Origin: Lama glama
Taxonomy: Eukaryota
Assembly: GCA_028534125.1 (NCBI GenBank)
Contig: CM052817.1
Coordinates: 2,482,001 to 2,546,000 of the forward strand
DNA: 64,000 nt
Direction of reading: 5' to 3'
Below are positions 1-12,847 of the stretch, one piece after another. The notes under the pieces were generated by a model that saw nothing but the letters and a program-made list of their open reading frames with translations, did no database searches and was not told the origin of the DNA. How positions within the stretch are numbered: position 1 is the stretch's first letter; each line of letters begins with the position of its first letter. A program made the position numbers and the translations under genes.

Positions 1-400
1 TGGCGGGCCTAGGGCAGAACACCTCTGATTGTTCTGAGAAAGCTGTGAGGGCTTCCTGGAAGAAGAGGGGGACACTATCCATTGCCTTGTCTATTGTGAG
101 AGAACTTCCCTGCCAGGGGAAGCTCTGCTGAGCCCGGGGCTAGGACTCGCCCAGTCAAGACAGGGGACCTCCTGCTGGCCGTGTCAGGCACTCAGGGATG
201 ATGCAGATGGCTCACTGATCTGAGCTGGCGACCAGGAATGGGCCTCCCTGCTCCAGATACCATGCTACAGATTTACAGCCAGGGCTGCGGCCAGTTTCCA
301 GATCAGCTGAGGAAGGGAAGCTGCTGCTGTTCCAGCCCTCCGCGTGGACTCCGGGCGGTCAGGTGGGAGGTGGGAAGGAGTTGCAGGAAGAAGCTTGAGG

Positions 401-571
401 CCTGCGCGGGGCGGGGCCTGCGCGGGGCGGGGCCTGCGCGGGGCGGGGCCTGCGCGGGGCGGGGCCTGCGCGGGGCGGGGCCTGCGCGGGGCGGGGCCTG
501 CGCGGGGCGGGGCCTGCGCGGGGCGGGGCCTGCGCGGGGCGGGGCCTGCGCGGGGCGGGGCCTGCGCGGGG
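401..571. repeat. GC-rich minisatellite, 16-bp unit CCTGCGCGGGGCGGGG, ~10.6 perfect copies
   Basis: The unit restarts at 401, 481 and 561 (period 16) with no variants. Each junction forms the GC-box GGGGCGGGGC. Confidence 0.97.
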
Positions 572-662
572 GAGCAGGCTCCGTCCGTCCGCACAGCCGT
601 TTGTTGGCAGGTGGCAAGCTCTCCTATGTATATTTACACATAGGTGCAGGCTTATTTGCTAC

Positions 663-740
663 CACAATGCCCATTTCATTACTTTCATTTTACAGATGAG
701 GAAACGGAGGCCCAAAGAAGCAAGCTGTCTAAGGCTCCAG
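663..740 (-). mobile_element. MIR SINE core fragment
   Basis: cattttacagatgaggaaacggaggcccaaaga matches the reverse complement of the MIR core. Similar fragments lie near 7455-7500, 13255-13290, 18190-18240, 18460-18570, 38150-38200, 39300-39420 and 60290-60470. Confidence 0.8.
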
Positions 741-949
741 AGGGAGTGGTGGGGCTGGGCCCAGCGCCAGGTTCTCTGCCGCTACGACTTGTGTTTCCTC
801 TGGCTCCTGGGCGGTGGACTGTCTGGACTCACATGCAGGGGGTCAGCCTCGGAGTAAGTATGTTTATTATTAATTCCTGGCTGTGTCCTCGAAGCTGGAT
901 GAGATCTTTTACGCGTATTTTTGGAGGCTGATGGTATCGGGTGATACCT

Positions 950-1630
950 TTGCTAAAATACTTGCCGTGCTCAGACCTCTCATACCCAGTACCCTGTTAT
1001 AGATTATACCTGTGCCAGTGTAACTAATTTGTTTTTACTGCTCAGACTATTTTACTGTGTGATTGTAACATGATTTACGTGGCTGTTCTCCCCTACGTCT
1101 CCTGATGTTGGGGTGGTTTCCAGCTCCACTGCAGACGGTGCTGCCCCCATCAGCCTCTGCATCTCGGGGTGCACTGCCTGCCTGCAGGAGTTGCCCTTGA
1201 ACTACGCCCGGGAGCCAGTGTTTGCAGAAGCTCTTCCCAGCGGCTCCACTCCTCGGTAGACCTGAGAGAACCTGCTTTCCAAGGTGCTTGTACCGACCTT
1301 CCCGCCTTCCACATCCTCGGCGACATTCCAGGCTGATGTTCCCAGTCTGCTGGGCGCAAAATGCCCTTTCCTTGTCGCCTGTTTCTGCTTCCCCCGTTGT
1401 CAACATGAAGCGTTTCAACATATGTTTAGGGGCCTTTCTTTTCTCCTCTTTTGTGAAGCAGCTGCTTGTATCTTTTCCTATTTTTAAATATTTTTCCTGC
1501 TGATTTGTGGGGAACCTTCAGGTATCTGTACATGAATTCTCCATCCATCATTTAGGTTGCAAATACTTTCTCCCAGATGGTGGATTGAAGTTCCATGTTC
1601 CTCATGCTGTTTTGTGATGAAGAATTTTTT
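950..1630 (-). mobile_element. Ancient LINE-1 (L1M) 3' region remnant
   Basis: Degenerate antisense L1 motifs (gttttccaaggtgcttgtacc-like, ccacatcctcggcgaca, ttttgtgaagcagctgcttg, ttgcaaatactttctcccag). Boundaries approximate. Confidence 0.65.
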
Positions 1631-2483
1631 TACAGACCCCTCTGGCTGCTGTGTGGAGGGTGGACCATCCTGAGGACTGCTGTGATGGGGGGCAGCCGAG
1701 TGGAAGTGGGGAGAGGAGAGCAGCTCTGAGACACGTGAAGTCATCAGGACCTGCTGGAGGATGTGAGGATGGGGACAAAGGGCGTCAAGACTGACATGTG
1801 TGTGCCGGAACTTTTAGATTCTGTGCATCACAAAGTCCACCCAGGCGGGGTACTCCTGTCTTCCCAGAGCCTGGGCCCCCCCACCCTCCTGTCTGTGGAG
1901 GAAGGAGGAGCCGGAGGGTGGACCAGGGTTCTGGCTGCACCCTGCCGACCCCACGTGTCTTCTGGGTCAGGGCATCCTCTCCATTCCTGTTGGCACCTGC
2001 TCATGCTCTGACGCTCAGCCACCCATCCTCCAGGGCCTCTCGAGTGGCATTTAAAGCCCCAGTCTCCCCCTCGACCCGGTTCCCCTCAACTGGATCTTCC
2101 CTTTCCCAGCTGGTCCCCTAAGCTAAGGAGTTACTTCTGGCTCAGTTCCCTTACCTCCGCCCTCCTCACCCCTGCAGTCCGCCCATGGCTCCTGCTGAGG
2201 TCATGGTCTCCTTACTGCTGAATCCCACAGACACTCTCAGGGCTTATTTTAGGAGATGTGGAGGGAACTTCCCGGGGCTGGGCCGTCTTCCTCCTTGAAA
2301 CAACCTCTTCTCACTCATCTGCAAATCAGATCTCTTTCTTCTCTCCACTGCCCCCACGCTCCCTTGGGGCTCCTCCCTCCCAGCCACCACCCCACTGTGC
2401 TCCCAGGGTTAGCCAGAGGCCCTGTCTTTCTCCCTCGATGCCCTCTGACTTTGGACAACCTCAGATAGGTCCATGGATTCAGT

Positions 2484-3020
2484 GATGGTGGCGGGTGACT
2501 TGTGTCCCTGAAAGAGATGTGTCCGCGTCTCAACCCTGGTACCTGTGAATGTGGCCTTATTTGGAAGTAGGGTCTTTGCAGATGTCAATCAGATGTAAGT
2601 TAAGATGAGGCCACACTGCAGGAGGGTGGGCCCTGAGTCCAGAATGACTGGTGTCCTTGTAAGAAGACAGGAGACAGACACAGATGCACATGGAGGAGAA
2701 CATGTGAAGACGCAGAGACAACGCCACGTGATGACAGCGGCTGAGACGCACGTGCTGTGTCTGCAAGACAAGCAATGCCAGAGACAGCCAGAGCACCCCC
2801 AGACCAGCCAGAGCACCCCCAGACCAGCCGGTGGCTAGTGCACCCCAGACCAGCCAGCGGCCAGAGCACCCCTGGACCAGCCGGGAGCAGATCCTCTGTT
2901 GCGGGTTCAGAGGAACCCGCCCTGCTAGCACCTTGAATTTTATTCTGGCCTCTGGACCTGGGAGAGAACTGTCTGTTGTTTGAAACCCCGGTCCTTTGTT
3001 GTGGCCGCCCTGGGACACAG
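2484..3020 (+). mobile_element. MaLR LTR (MLT1 family) with internal tandem expansion
   Basis: Typical MLT1 blocks: acctgtgaatgtggccttatttggaagtagggtctttgcagatgt, aatgactggtgtccttgtaagaaga, ctagcaccttgaattttattctggcctctggacctgggagaga. Confidence 0.9.
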
Positions 3021-3264
3021 GTCCAGGGACCACTTGTGTGGCTGGGGGCTCAGGAAGGCCTCTGAGGGTAGAAATCAGGCAGGTGCCCGCTGCCTGAGCG
3101 CCTCTGCTCCGGCCTTGGGAGTTCCCCAGCACCAGGTTCTGGGCCAGGCCCCCTGGCAGCAGAAGAGCGAGATTCCAGTGAAACCAGCCTGGAAGCCAGG
3201 GTCAAAGTCTCTGCGTGACAGTGTTACTTTATTGGCAGACAATGGAGACATTCACATATTCAGT

Positions 3265-3650
3265 GATTTTTAATTGAGCACCTACTCTTCTCTGGGCACC
3301 AGGATGTGTGAGGTTGGAGACTGAGGAGACGAGCCCCACCCCTAAGGCATCACAGCTTTGTGGAGGAGGAAGTGAGTCACCACATGGGGTGACAAGTGCA
3401 GAGAGAGAGGGAGGCTGGAGACTGGGAGCTCAGAGGGGGCCTGAGCCCAGCTTGGAAGTGAGGAAATTGTTCCTGGGGGCAGTGATTCGCGGCTGAGTTT
3501 TGTAAAAGGGAAGAGATTGGCTGGGCAATGACAGGGAGCAGAGACGGTGCGCCAAGCAAAGCGAACCACTCTTGCAAAGGCCCTGCGGTGGGAGACAGTA
3601 TTGCCTGTAGGAACTGATGCGAGAACGAGGGCTCCATCCTTAGAATGAAG
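3265..3650 (-). mobile_element. LINE-2 fragment
   Basis: taattgagcacctact...ctgggcacc and cttgcaaaggccctgcggtgggagacag are antisense L2 3' motifs. Confidence 0.7.
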
Positions 3651-3655
3651 GGCTT

Positions 3656-3667
3656 GTATGTGTGTGT

Positions 3668-3702
<35 letters not shown>
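3656..3702. repeat. (TG)n microsatellite
   Basis: Directly visible, with TA interruptions. Confidence 0.95.
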
Positions 3703-3703
<1 letters not shown>

Positions 3704-4784
3704 CCCCCGATGGACTGGGAAGCCGGGTTCTCTCGTGAAGGACCTGATGTGCTAAGCTTAGGAATTTTCAGAATTCTTCCCCCCACATTTAACCAGACTG
3801 ATGGATGTTTCAGTTCCCTGCTATGTGGCTCAGCGCAAACCTTTCCCCCTTAAAGGGGGCCCCTGCAGCTCAAATGTCCTCAGCCTCCAGACCCCAGCCT
3901 TCAGGGAGAGGAAGGGGGCCCCCAGAAGCTGCCGCCATGCCCTCTGGCCCAGCCCAGGGCACCCACGTGCGGCTCCTGGCGCCCAGCCTGGTACGGGAGA
4001 GGGCCGACTGTCCTCCGCACTGCTGTCAGCTCCGTGTGACCAGAGCCAGGCTGCATGGCCGTTACACCGTCAACAACAGCCCCGCCTAGTACTTCTGCAG
4101 CTGGAGCGGGGCAGCCTCGGGCGACTTACTGATCCATCGAAGACACGTGTCTGTGACTGGGGTGAGGAGACTCAGCTGGCAGGTGGTCTTTTGGAAGGAG
4201 ACCCCTCCTGGGTGCCCAGAGCAGTTTGGGCAAAACACCTACCCCAACTCAGAGGCCAGAAAAGCAGTGTTTTCACATCCGCTCCTTAGAGAGAGGCTGG
4301 TGTTGACAATCTGATCTCAGTTTGCCAAAGAAATCTGCAGAAAACCATTTAGGTGCAAACAGTAACTGTTACCACGCTGGGTTTCTGTACTTTGTGACTC
4401 ACTGGGGCTGCTGGGATGATCCGTCACCCCAGGAAAGAAGGCGATGGGCTCACATACGCGGTTGGGCGGCAGGCGGGGCATGGAGCTGGCCACTGGGCCC
4501 CTCCCCTCCTTTCAGCTCCCAGCCCCTGCCTCAGCCTTCCCGCTCCCATGCCCTGGAACAGCCCTGCTGGGTCTCGGCCGCTCTCTTCCGTCTCCCTGGT
4601 CCTGCCTTGTGCTCACGCCACCTCCCCGGGCCCCCTTCATCCACCATGGTCACCTCCTTCGTATGACCCCGGCCCCACTCCTCTCCCCACACCCGTTCCC
4701 ACAGACCCTTTTCTTGGGAAACTGGGCGCCTTCCACCAACCAAGCCATCTGGTGTTTCTCTTTTGTGCATGTGTGTGGTTTAAT

Positions 4785-4915
4785 ATATATGTATTATATT
4801 ATAAAATTTGCCTCCTTAGCCATGTTTTAAGTATATAGTTTCGTGACATTGAGTATCTCACAATGCTGTGCGGCCATCAGCACTATTTCTAAAACCCTTC
4901 CGTCACTCCCATCTG
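4785..4915 (-). mobile_element. Old L1 3'-terminal fragment
   Basis: ataaaatttgcctccttagccatgttttaagtatatagtt...cacaatgctgtgcggccatcagcactatt matches antisense L1MB/MC-type 3' ends. Confidence 0.75.
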
Positions 4916-6749
4916 AGGTTTTTATACAGTTAATGGTGACGATTTGTGGCAACAGGCTGGCACACTGGGCTGCACGGTGCCTGTATCATCTCATTTCACC
5001 CCCACCGCAGCTCTGGCACGTGGCCCGGGCTGTTGCCATCGGCTTGCCGACACCAGGGGCCCTGACATGTCTCCAGCAGCACCTGCTCGCTCCCCAAGTA
5101 AAGGGCTCCCCAGACTGGAGACCCCTGGGTTGGAGGAGGTGCTGAGCCTCAATTCAACCCTTTATTGTGGGTCCCCGGGCTGGGCAGGCTCTGCTCTTAC
5201 GTGCAGGACCCGATGCATCAACACACATCTCCCACAGGTGGACACCTGGGCTGTGAGTAGGCTCACACCTGGGCGGGGAGTGGGAGGAGGAAGGTGACCT
5301 GGGCCAAGCTGGGTCTTTTCCTAGTGTCTTGGTGGCCAGCAGCGGCAGCTACTCTGACTTGTCACCATCCTTGTTCCCTCTTTTTTTTAATAGCCATGGA
5401 GCCTCAGACCCATCACTGGACCCTGGAATGAAAACCACATCCCGCTCCCCTGACCGCAGCCGCCTGCGGCCGTGGGACCAAGCTCCGGGGTGGGGTGGGA
5501 GGGAAGCACCTTCCCTCCCGCCCCCCGCGTGCAGAGTGGAGGCGGGCTGTCTCAGAAACCCTGCAGACGAGGGAGCCCCAGGACTGGTGATGCAGCAGAG
5601 GAATGGGACCACCCCGGGGAGGGGGCCGACCTGCCAGCCTGGCTGCCCCATCTCTGCAGACCTAGGAGCCAGGCACGAATAACTTTTTTATTCCTTTGAA
5701 CCCTCTCTCACTGGCCTCTTAAACAATGACCCAGCCTGTCCCCTGCCTGTTGCACCTGGTCACGTCACACATCTTCTTACAGTAACCGGGAACTCCTCCG
5801 GGGAGGAGTGTTCCTGATTCGCCTCGTCCCTGCAGCCCCAGCCCAGGGCCTGAGCGCGGACATGGGTGGGCAAGTATTTGCGGGGTCGGCAGTGCCCCGG
5901 GGGAAGGCACGGGGACACCCGAACGTGCAGCGTCACCTGCTCCTGTACCAAAACCCGGGCTGCGGAGATGGGGAGCTCCTTTGCAGACTTCTTCTTTGCC
6001 ATCAGGCTGCCAGCTGCCTCTTCAGCCGCTGTCCAGACCCAGACCCATGGCCTCCCCACATTCAGAGGGTTCAGTGGCTCTGCACTCCAGGCTGACGATG
6101 TGGGCCTTGCACCTGCGGGGGAAGAGGCGGCTGGGCTGACGGGCTCAACGAGTCACTGTTAGCATGTGGACCTTTGGCGTGGGTGTCAGCAGCTCAGAGA
6201 GCATTTGTGAGCCCTTCTTAGTCTGGACTCGGAAGGACTGAGGGCTGCTGCAGACACAAGGTGCTTCCGTCGGGCGTCTGTGTCTAGCTGTCCCCGCGCA
6301 TGGCCCTGGGGCGGGCGGGGCCGGTCCTGGGGGAGGCTCTGCCTTACTTGGTGGGAGCCTGGCTGCCATCCTCCTGGGCTGGTCAGAGCAGGCGCGGCAG
6401 TCTGCCCAGCCGCCTCTTGCTCTGTCAGCTCCCTGGGGACCAGAGTGGGATTTGAGAGCTGCGAGGGGTCCCACGACCATGAGCCTCCATGATAAGGTCA
6501 CCGGACAGCTGCAGAGACCCCAAGAGCTTGGCCCCCAAGCAGGACTGAGGGGAGACACTGGGTTCCCATGGGCTCCGGAGCTGAGAAAGCACACTCTTCA
6601 CCTCCCAGCCCCAGTGTGGCGTCTCCACCCCATTTCCTGTTCTCCTGGCATTTGGAAGACCCTGATTGTGGATAGACGATCGGTCCCTGGTTGGTTTTTA
6701 GGAGAAGGATGGCCGCCTGGGTAGGCAGGTAAGGAGACCTGGGTCAGCG

Positions 6750-7090
6750 TCCTGGGGCGGCCCTCCCAAAGGACCACAAACAGGGCCTTCACACAGCAGA
6801 AACTTCTTCTCTCACAGTTCTGAGGTCAGAAGTCCGAAACCGAGGTGTCCTTGGGGCTGCGTCCTTGCGGGGTCCCTGAGGGCGACTCTGTCCCAGGTCC
6901 CTCTCCCGGCTCTGGCCGCTCCAGCAGTCTTGGCTTGCGGTGCTCCCCCCACCTCTGCCTCCATCGTCACCTGCCGCCGCCTCCGTTCTCGTGTCTGCAT
7001 CTCCTCTTCCTACAAGGACACCAGGCATTGGGTTCAGGGCTCACTCCACACACAGGACGATCTCATCTCAAGACCCTCAATTAACTTCAT
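6750..7090 (-). mobile_element. MaLR LTR (MLT1 family)
   Basis: cagcagaaacttcttctctcacagttctgaggtcagaagtccgaaaccgaggtgtc ... ttcctacaaggacaccaggcattgggttcagggc is antisense MLT1. Confidence 0.88.
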
Positions 7091-10000
7091 GAACGTTCTT
7101 TCCCCTTATTGATGGATTTTCGGTAAGCCCCCACCTGGTGCCAGAGGCTGCGCTGGGGGCCGGAGCTGGGGGCGCTTTAAGACAGACATGCTGTCCTCAC
7201 GGATCACGGTTGATCCAAGTTCCTTCCTCAAACCTACGTCACCGCAGTGATAGGATTTTCTAATGTGATAAGAATATGACAGTTCAGACAAGGACACAGG
7301 ATCTGGAATTCCATTCACCTGGGGGGAAAATGCAACCATTGTGCCTGCCTTCAAGAAATTCCCACACAGGCTTTTTTGGGGCAGGCAGGGGCCGGGAGAG
7401 GACCAAACGCCTGCTGGGCCTCCAAGTCCATCCGCCCCCTTGCAGCCCGCCCTCTGTTTACAGATGAGGAAACGGAGGCCCAGAGAGCTTGGTTCACGTG
7501 CCCGAGGCTGTGCTTGCAGCAGGGGGGGAGGCAGAGGCTGGCCTCACCCCGGGCCTGTGCCTCCGACCACGCCCCTCGCCTCCCCAGCGGCAGCCACGGG
7601 GGGAACCTGCACTTCTGCTGTGAACACCTTCGTGATCTTTGACTTGGCTCTGCGCTTGGGGAGGGTCTGTGGCATGCTGGATCAAATCCAGAAGGGGAAA
7701 GCCTGGCGAGGGGGCTCCTTCCTGGGACCCCACATGAGCTCACTGCTCGGTTGTACTTAAGGGCAGATTTTGCCTCTGTCCCTCTGTCTGTCCATCCATC
7801 CGTCCTCTTCAGCCCCAGGCCAGCAGTCCAGGCTCTGCCGTCTCACCTCTGGACGACCCCAGCTGGTCCTGCAGGTCTCCTGCTCACGTCCAGGTCACCA
7901 TCCAGCCCTCATCCTGTCTGGAAGCCCCTGGGAGACACCATCATGCTCCCTGTTCCCTGCCAGTGGGCATCTGGGCTCTTTCACATGGCTCCCAGGACAT
8001 CCCCTTGTGCTGCGGCCACCGTGGGCTGGCGCTCGCCCTCCCCACCTAAGGGGCCCATTGGTCGGCTGAGGTCTGGCCAGGCACCTTCTTGAAGGCCTGC
8101 CCTGTGCTTGGTGGGAGGAGATGCTGGACAGACGGACGTCCTGCTCCCCTGGTCCCGCACCACCTGGGGCAGACCTGGCTCCGTGGAGGTGATCTCTGAG
8201 CAAGGCCACTACGGGGGGCATGGGTGCTCTCAACCCGCTCCTATCGCATATCCTCAGGCTTCTGCAGCCGATGTTGGAGGCACCAGATTCTGTGCAGAAG
8301 GACACACTCTGGGAACCTGCCGGCGTCTGCCCTCTGGCCAGCAGAGCTGTCCCCATGTCCCCTGTTGACCTCCCCGGGGCACAGGGCCCCTGAGCGGGCC
8401 TTCCCTGGGATCAATAGCCGAGCCGATCAGCTGGCAATGTGATACTAATGGACGCAGAATTAAAACGTGAGGCCCATATTAATCTGGACAGCCATGGGGG
8501 CCGGGGCAGGGTGGGCGGGGCACGGGCCAGCGGCCCTTAATGGAGCCGTATTGACCGGGCTGCAGAGACCGCAGCGGGGGTTGGATATCACTCTGCAGCC
8601 CGGGAACTGGGTGTTTATGGATTTCAGTATTTTATAGGTTTGGGTTTAAAAAAAAAAAAGATCTCTCTTTTTCCCCCAAATCAATATATTCTTTTTAGCT
8701 GAGCATGATCACCAATATTCCATCAGCGCAGCCTCTGGGGAGGCTTGTAAATATCAGCGTTGGAAATATTAATATCTGATGGTGACGGGCCCTGGCGGCA
8801 CGGACACCAGGAGCGGCCAGCAGACTTGCCCTCACACACTCTCCTCTCCTTCAGACTAAATTTTCAGTCACTGAAAAGGCTAGCGGGAGTCTAGATTGCC
8901 ACGAACTGCTGGCGGGGCATCGACCTGCCCTCCCAAGTTCAGGGCACCCTACAGTTTGCATGGCCACCCTGGGAGGTTGGGACAGTGGGGCTGGGACCCC
9001 TTTTTAAAGGTGAGGGAGCTGAAGCTCAGGGATGTCCAGCCATGTGGCAAGACAGTTGGTATTAGGATCGTGGCTCTGCCTTCCTCCACTGCCGGCCATG
9101 GCCTCCAGCTGCCTTTCATGGCCCCACTCTCGCCCCAGGCCCCCCACCACCCTGGGGCAATAATGGACGAGGTCCACCACATCCAAGGCAGGCCTGGCAG
9201 TTCCTCCGTGCAGCTTACCTGGCTGCACCCTTGCGGCCGCCCCACCCTGCACAGCCCTGAGACTCCCCTCTCTGGCTCCATGCCCCCTTGCCCACCCCGC
9301 ACCTCCCTGGTCCAGTCTCACCCTCCCCAATCTGTCCTCTCTTTGGCCAGAGTGACCTTCCTCAAGGTCAGATCTGATGTCACCCTTCCCCTGCCTGCTG
9401 GATAAGGTCCACTCTGCCGAGCAGTTGGCTGGCCCTGGGCTGGCCCCTGCTGCCTTGAGGGCCTGCCTCTCACTGCCCTCCTGCTGCAGCCACACTGCAC
9501 TTGGGCCCATCTCGGAACACACAGGGTCCTTGACTCACCCGGTGCCAGTGTTGGGTACCGTCCCCCATCCCCAGTGTAAAGGCTAGAACTCTTCTCCTTG
9601 CAGAGAGGGCCCTGGGCAAATCTGTCACTCTCACATCCTCCAGCCTGACCCCAGAGCCAAGCTCTCCCCGTCCCCTGAGTCCTTGTCTCATCCTTGTCCT
9701 GGCCACTCTGGGATGCCTTGGCCCAGGCCCCACGCACAGCCCGGCCTCCCTCAGAGTAACTCCTGCCCCACTTCCACTGGACTCTGCTCTCCAGGGGGCC
9801 AGGGGCCCTGTCTGCGCCCTTCTCTGCTTCCCTGAAGGGCTCAGAGCTCAGGACAGGCAGGGGATGGAGGGGGAAAGGTGGGCAGGATGGAAGGGGGGCA
9901 TCCAGGAGAGGGAGAAATGCAGAATTAAGGGCAGAGGACCGGGGAGCACTGGAAGCCAGGAGCCCCCAGGGGCCATGGGGGTTGGGGACAGTTCTGTCAG

Positions 10001-12753
10001 AAAGTCAGGGCTCCTGGACTGTGTCCACCCAGATGCTGCAGCGACAGTCTCCCCCAGCCCCACCCCCGCCCCAGCCCACTCCTCCAGCAGGGCCCTGGGC
10101 TCCTGCCACCTCCTCAGTGCCCCATCCCCTCACCTCCCTTATCTGGAGCCCATCACAGACTCAGTGCGCAGCCGCCCTGGGCCCCGGAGGGCACCTGCTT
10201 CCGCACCCAGCCTCCCCTGGCGGGGAGCCCTGAGTCAACTCTGCTGCCCAGGCTGCTGATGGATACTTTGGCCAGATGCATGAACGAATGAGTGAATGAA
10301 TGAGCTCACCAAAGCCACAAGCCTCCCTGTGTCTTGACAGGGCAGCCCCACTTCTCAGAGGCCAGGAGTCCCCGGCCTTTGCTCAGGGGTGGCACTGCAG
10401 GCAGGCTCCCTGTGCACTTAGTAGCTGGTCGTTTTGTGTCTCCATACGTTTCTGCACCTGGGGAAGTGACAGCAGGGAGGATGGGGAAGGCAGGTCGGGG
10501 GCCAAAGCCTTCGCAAGCGAGAAGGACTGAAATCTGAGGACCGTCCCACCCCTCTGGGCCAAGCCCGCCAGCTCCGTGCACTTCCCTGGAAATGTCGGGG
10601 CAAAGCTTCAGAAGGGAGCAGCCACTGCCACTTCACGATTGGGCCCCTGTCAGGACGAGCTGGCTGAGCCCTGGCCAAGGGCCGTGGGGACGATGGAGAG
10701 ACGGAGAGGGGCCCCAGAGGCAGCCACGTGGAGCCCAGCCGCCTCTCGGCTGGTGGCGTTGCTGCACCCGCTGTGCGCACGTCCGTTGAAGGCGGAGTCG
10801 GGGGTGGACCCGGCTGCTAGCACACTCGGTGGGGGTCTTTGGGGCTTGAGAGCTGTCTTGAAATGCAGCATGTCCCCTCCTCGCTGCATCCCTGCACAGG
10901 CCGGTCCTCTCTGGCCTCAGTCTCCCCCTGCACCCTTCCAGGGCCCTGTGAGGCTGTTTCCGAGCCCCTGCTGGCTGGAGTGGTCTGGCCACCCCTGAGT
11001 CCAGCAAGCCCCGCCAGCAGGGAGTGAGCGCAAACATGTTTGACACTGAATAATTAATTTTCGTTCTGTGATAAAAACGTTGTCTATTGATTTACAACCC
11101 CTCCCGGCAATAAAGCTTTTCAGCGGAAACCTGATTCTTCATTATCGTCCCTGGACGGGCCAGGAGGCGTGTCCAGCTGCCGCGAAGCAGCCCCAACTGT
11201 TTGCAGGCGTTTCCTGCCCAGGGGGCCAGCTGCTGCCTGCCGCTCCACTCGGTCCTGCCCTGGTGACTGTGCCCCAGCCCCCACCCCCGCCATGCCCTGA
11301 GGGCAGCGACCTCTCTCGGGGGTCAGGGGAGCTGTGCCACTCGTGGGGTGGACAAGGCCGGGGAGGCCGGGGAGGCTCAGAGCAGGCGGGGCTGCCGGCC
11401 TGGCCAGGCCTGGCGGGGCCGTGCTTCCCACCTCGGGCGGCGGACTCCGGAGCCTGGTCTGACTCCTCGTCCACCATGGAGGAGCTGGCGGCCGCAGAGG
11501 CGGAGGTGGTGACTGCGGTCATCACCTTGGGGTGTGGGCCTCGCACGCCCAGTGTGTGCCCCGTGTGCCCGTGCTTGTCTGAGCACAGCCCCTGGGCTGG
11601 AGCCCGAGCTGCGGGTCTTCACTCCGGTTCTCCACCATCTGCAGGGCCCCAGCTACATTTGATTTCAGGCTCCTCTCTCCAGACCCAGCGGGGGGAGGGT
11701 GACGAGCCACATCCTAGAGCGGCCAGGATGCCATGCAGCACTACCATCTTATAAATGTTTGCAGAATGACCCGGGGAACAAACAATACTCAGAAAAGTCA
11801 GCAGCGAGGCAGGCAGACTTAGCCACTGCCCGGGCCTGCCTACCCCCCGCCATCCGGAACGTGCTGCTCGCTGAGCCTGGCGCCTGGGCTGGACGGGGCC
11901 CGTCTCCCTGTGCACTCAGTGGCGAGGGCTGAGCCGGGGCAGCGGGGGTCCTGGGGCCCTGGCTCCTCACATTGGTGCTTATACAGGGTCACTGTGTAAT
12001 TACTGCCCACATGACCCCCTGTTTGATGTGCTTTTCAGTATGTAGGTTACGTTATTTCACAATAAAACACGAGATGACAGCCAGTGAGGGACGGGGCCCG
12101 GGGGCTGTGCAAAGCACCTGTGCGGACAGAGGGTTTATTTTTTGTTGCTGTCAAACCCCTCCCTCCTGTGCTTGTTTTCACGGAGTCTGCTGATGTCCTT
12201 GAGCGACCTCGGCCCGACCCTGTGCTGGCTTGGACTCCCCAGCTGAGGGTTTCAGGAACTCGGCGGCCCATCCCAGGGCAGACCTGGCCCCATCCTGTCG
12301 CTGGCATCCTTGTCCCCACACCCTTTGGGCACGAGGCAGAACAGGCTCCATCTTACAGATGAGAGATAGTGGGAAGGGCAGGGGCAGGGCCCCCTATCAT
12401 GGGTGCAGACCCCCCAGCGCCCCCGCCCCCTGACAGCCCCCAGCCCCACACGCTGTCCTGATGGAACCGAGGCAGCAGCTTCCCTGGTGGAGGAGATGCC
12501 AGCCCAGAGGCCCCCCAGCCCGGATGTAAATCAGCTCCACATTAAATTCGAGATGCTTCTTGGCTTCTCATCAGAGTCACGATGGAGGCTGGTCCCACTG
12601 GTGCAGAAGAACCAGGCTGCGGCTGCCACGGGCGACAGAGGAGGAGCTGGCGGTGAGCACAGCAGGCTGCCTGGTGGTGGCCGGGGATCTCAGGGTGATA
12701 CCACTCTTACCACACACAGCAAACAGACCAAAGTGCTTTCAGAATTCAGGAAA

Positions 12754-12847
12754 GAAGAGGAAGGCATTGCTTGGCGGTAGCGTGCATGCTTAGCATGGAC
12801 AAGGTCCTGGGTTCGATCTCCAGTACCTCCGCTGGAAAAAAATAAAA
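12754..12847 (+). mobile_element. tRNA-derived camelid SINE (Vic-1-like)
   Basis: ggtagcgtgcatgcttagcatggacaaggtcctgggttcgatctccagtacctcc plus an A-rich tail. B-box GGTTCGATC. Target-site duplication agaattcaggaaa (12741-12753) / agatttcaggaaa (12848-12860). Confidence 0.88.

Noticed and set aside
238..699. RGG-like repetitive ORFs
   Set aside because: They are simply translations of the 16-bp minisatellite.
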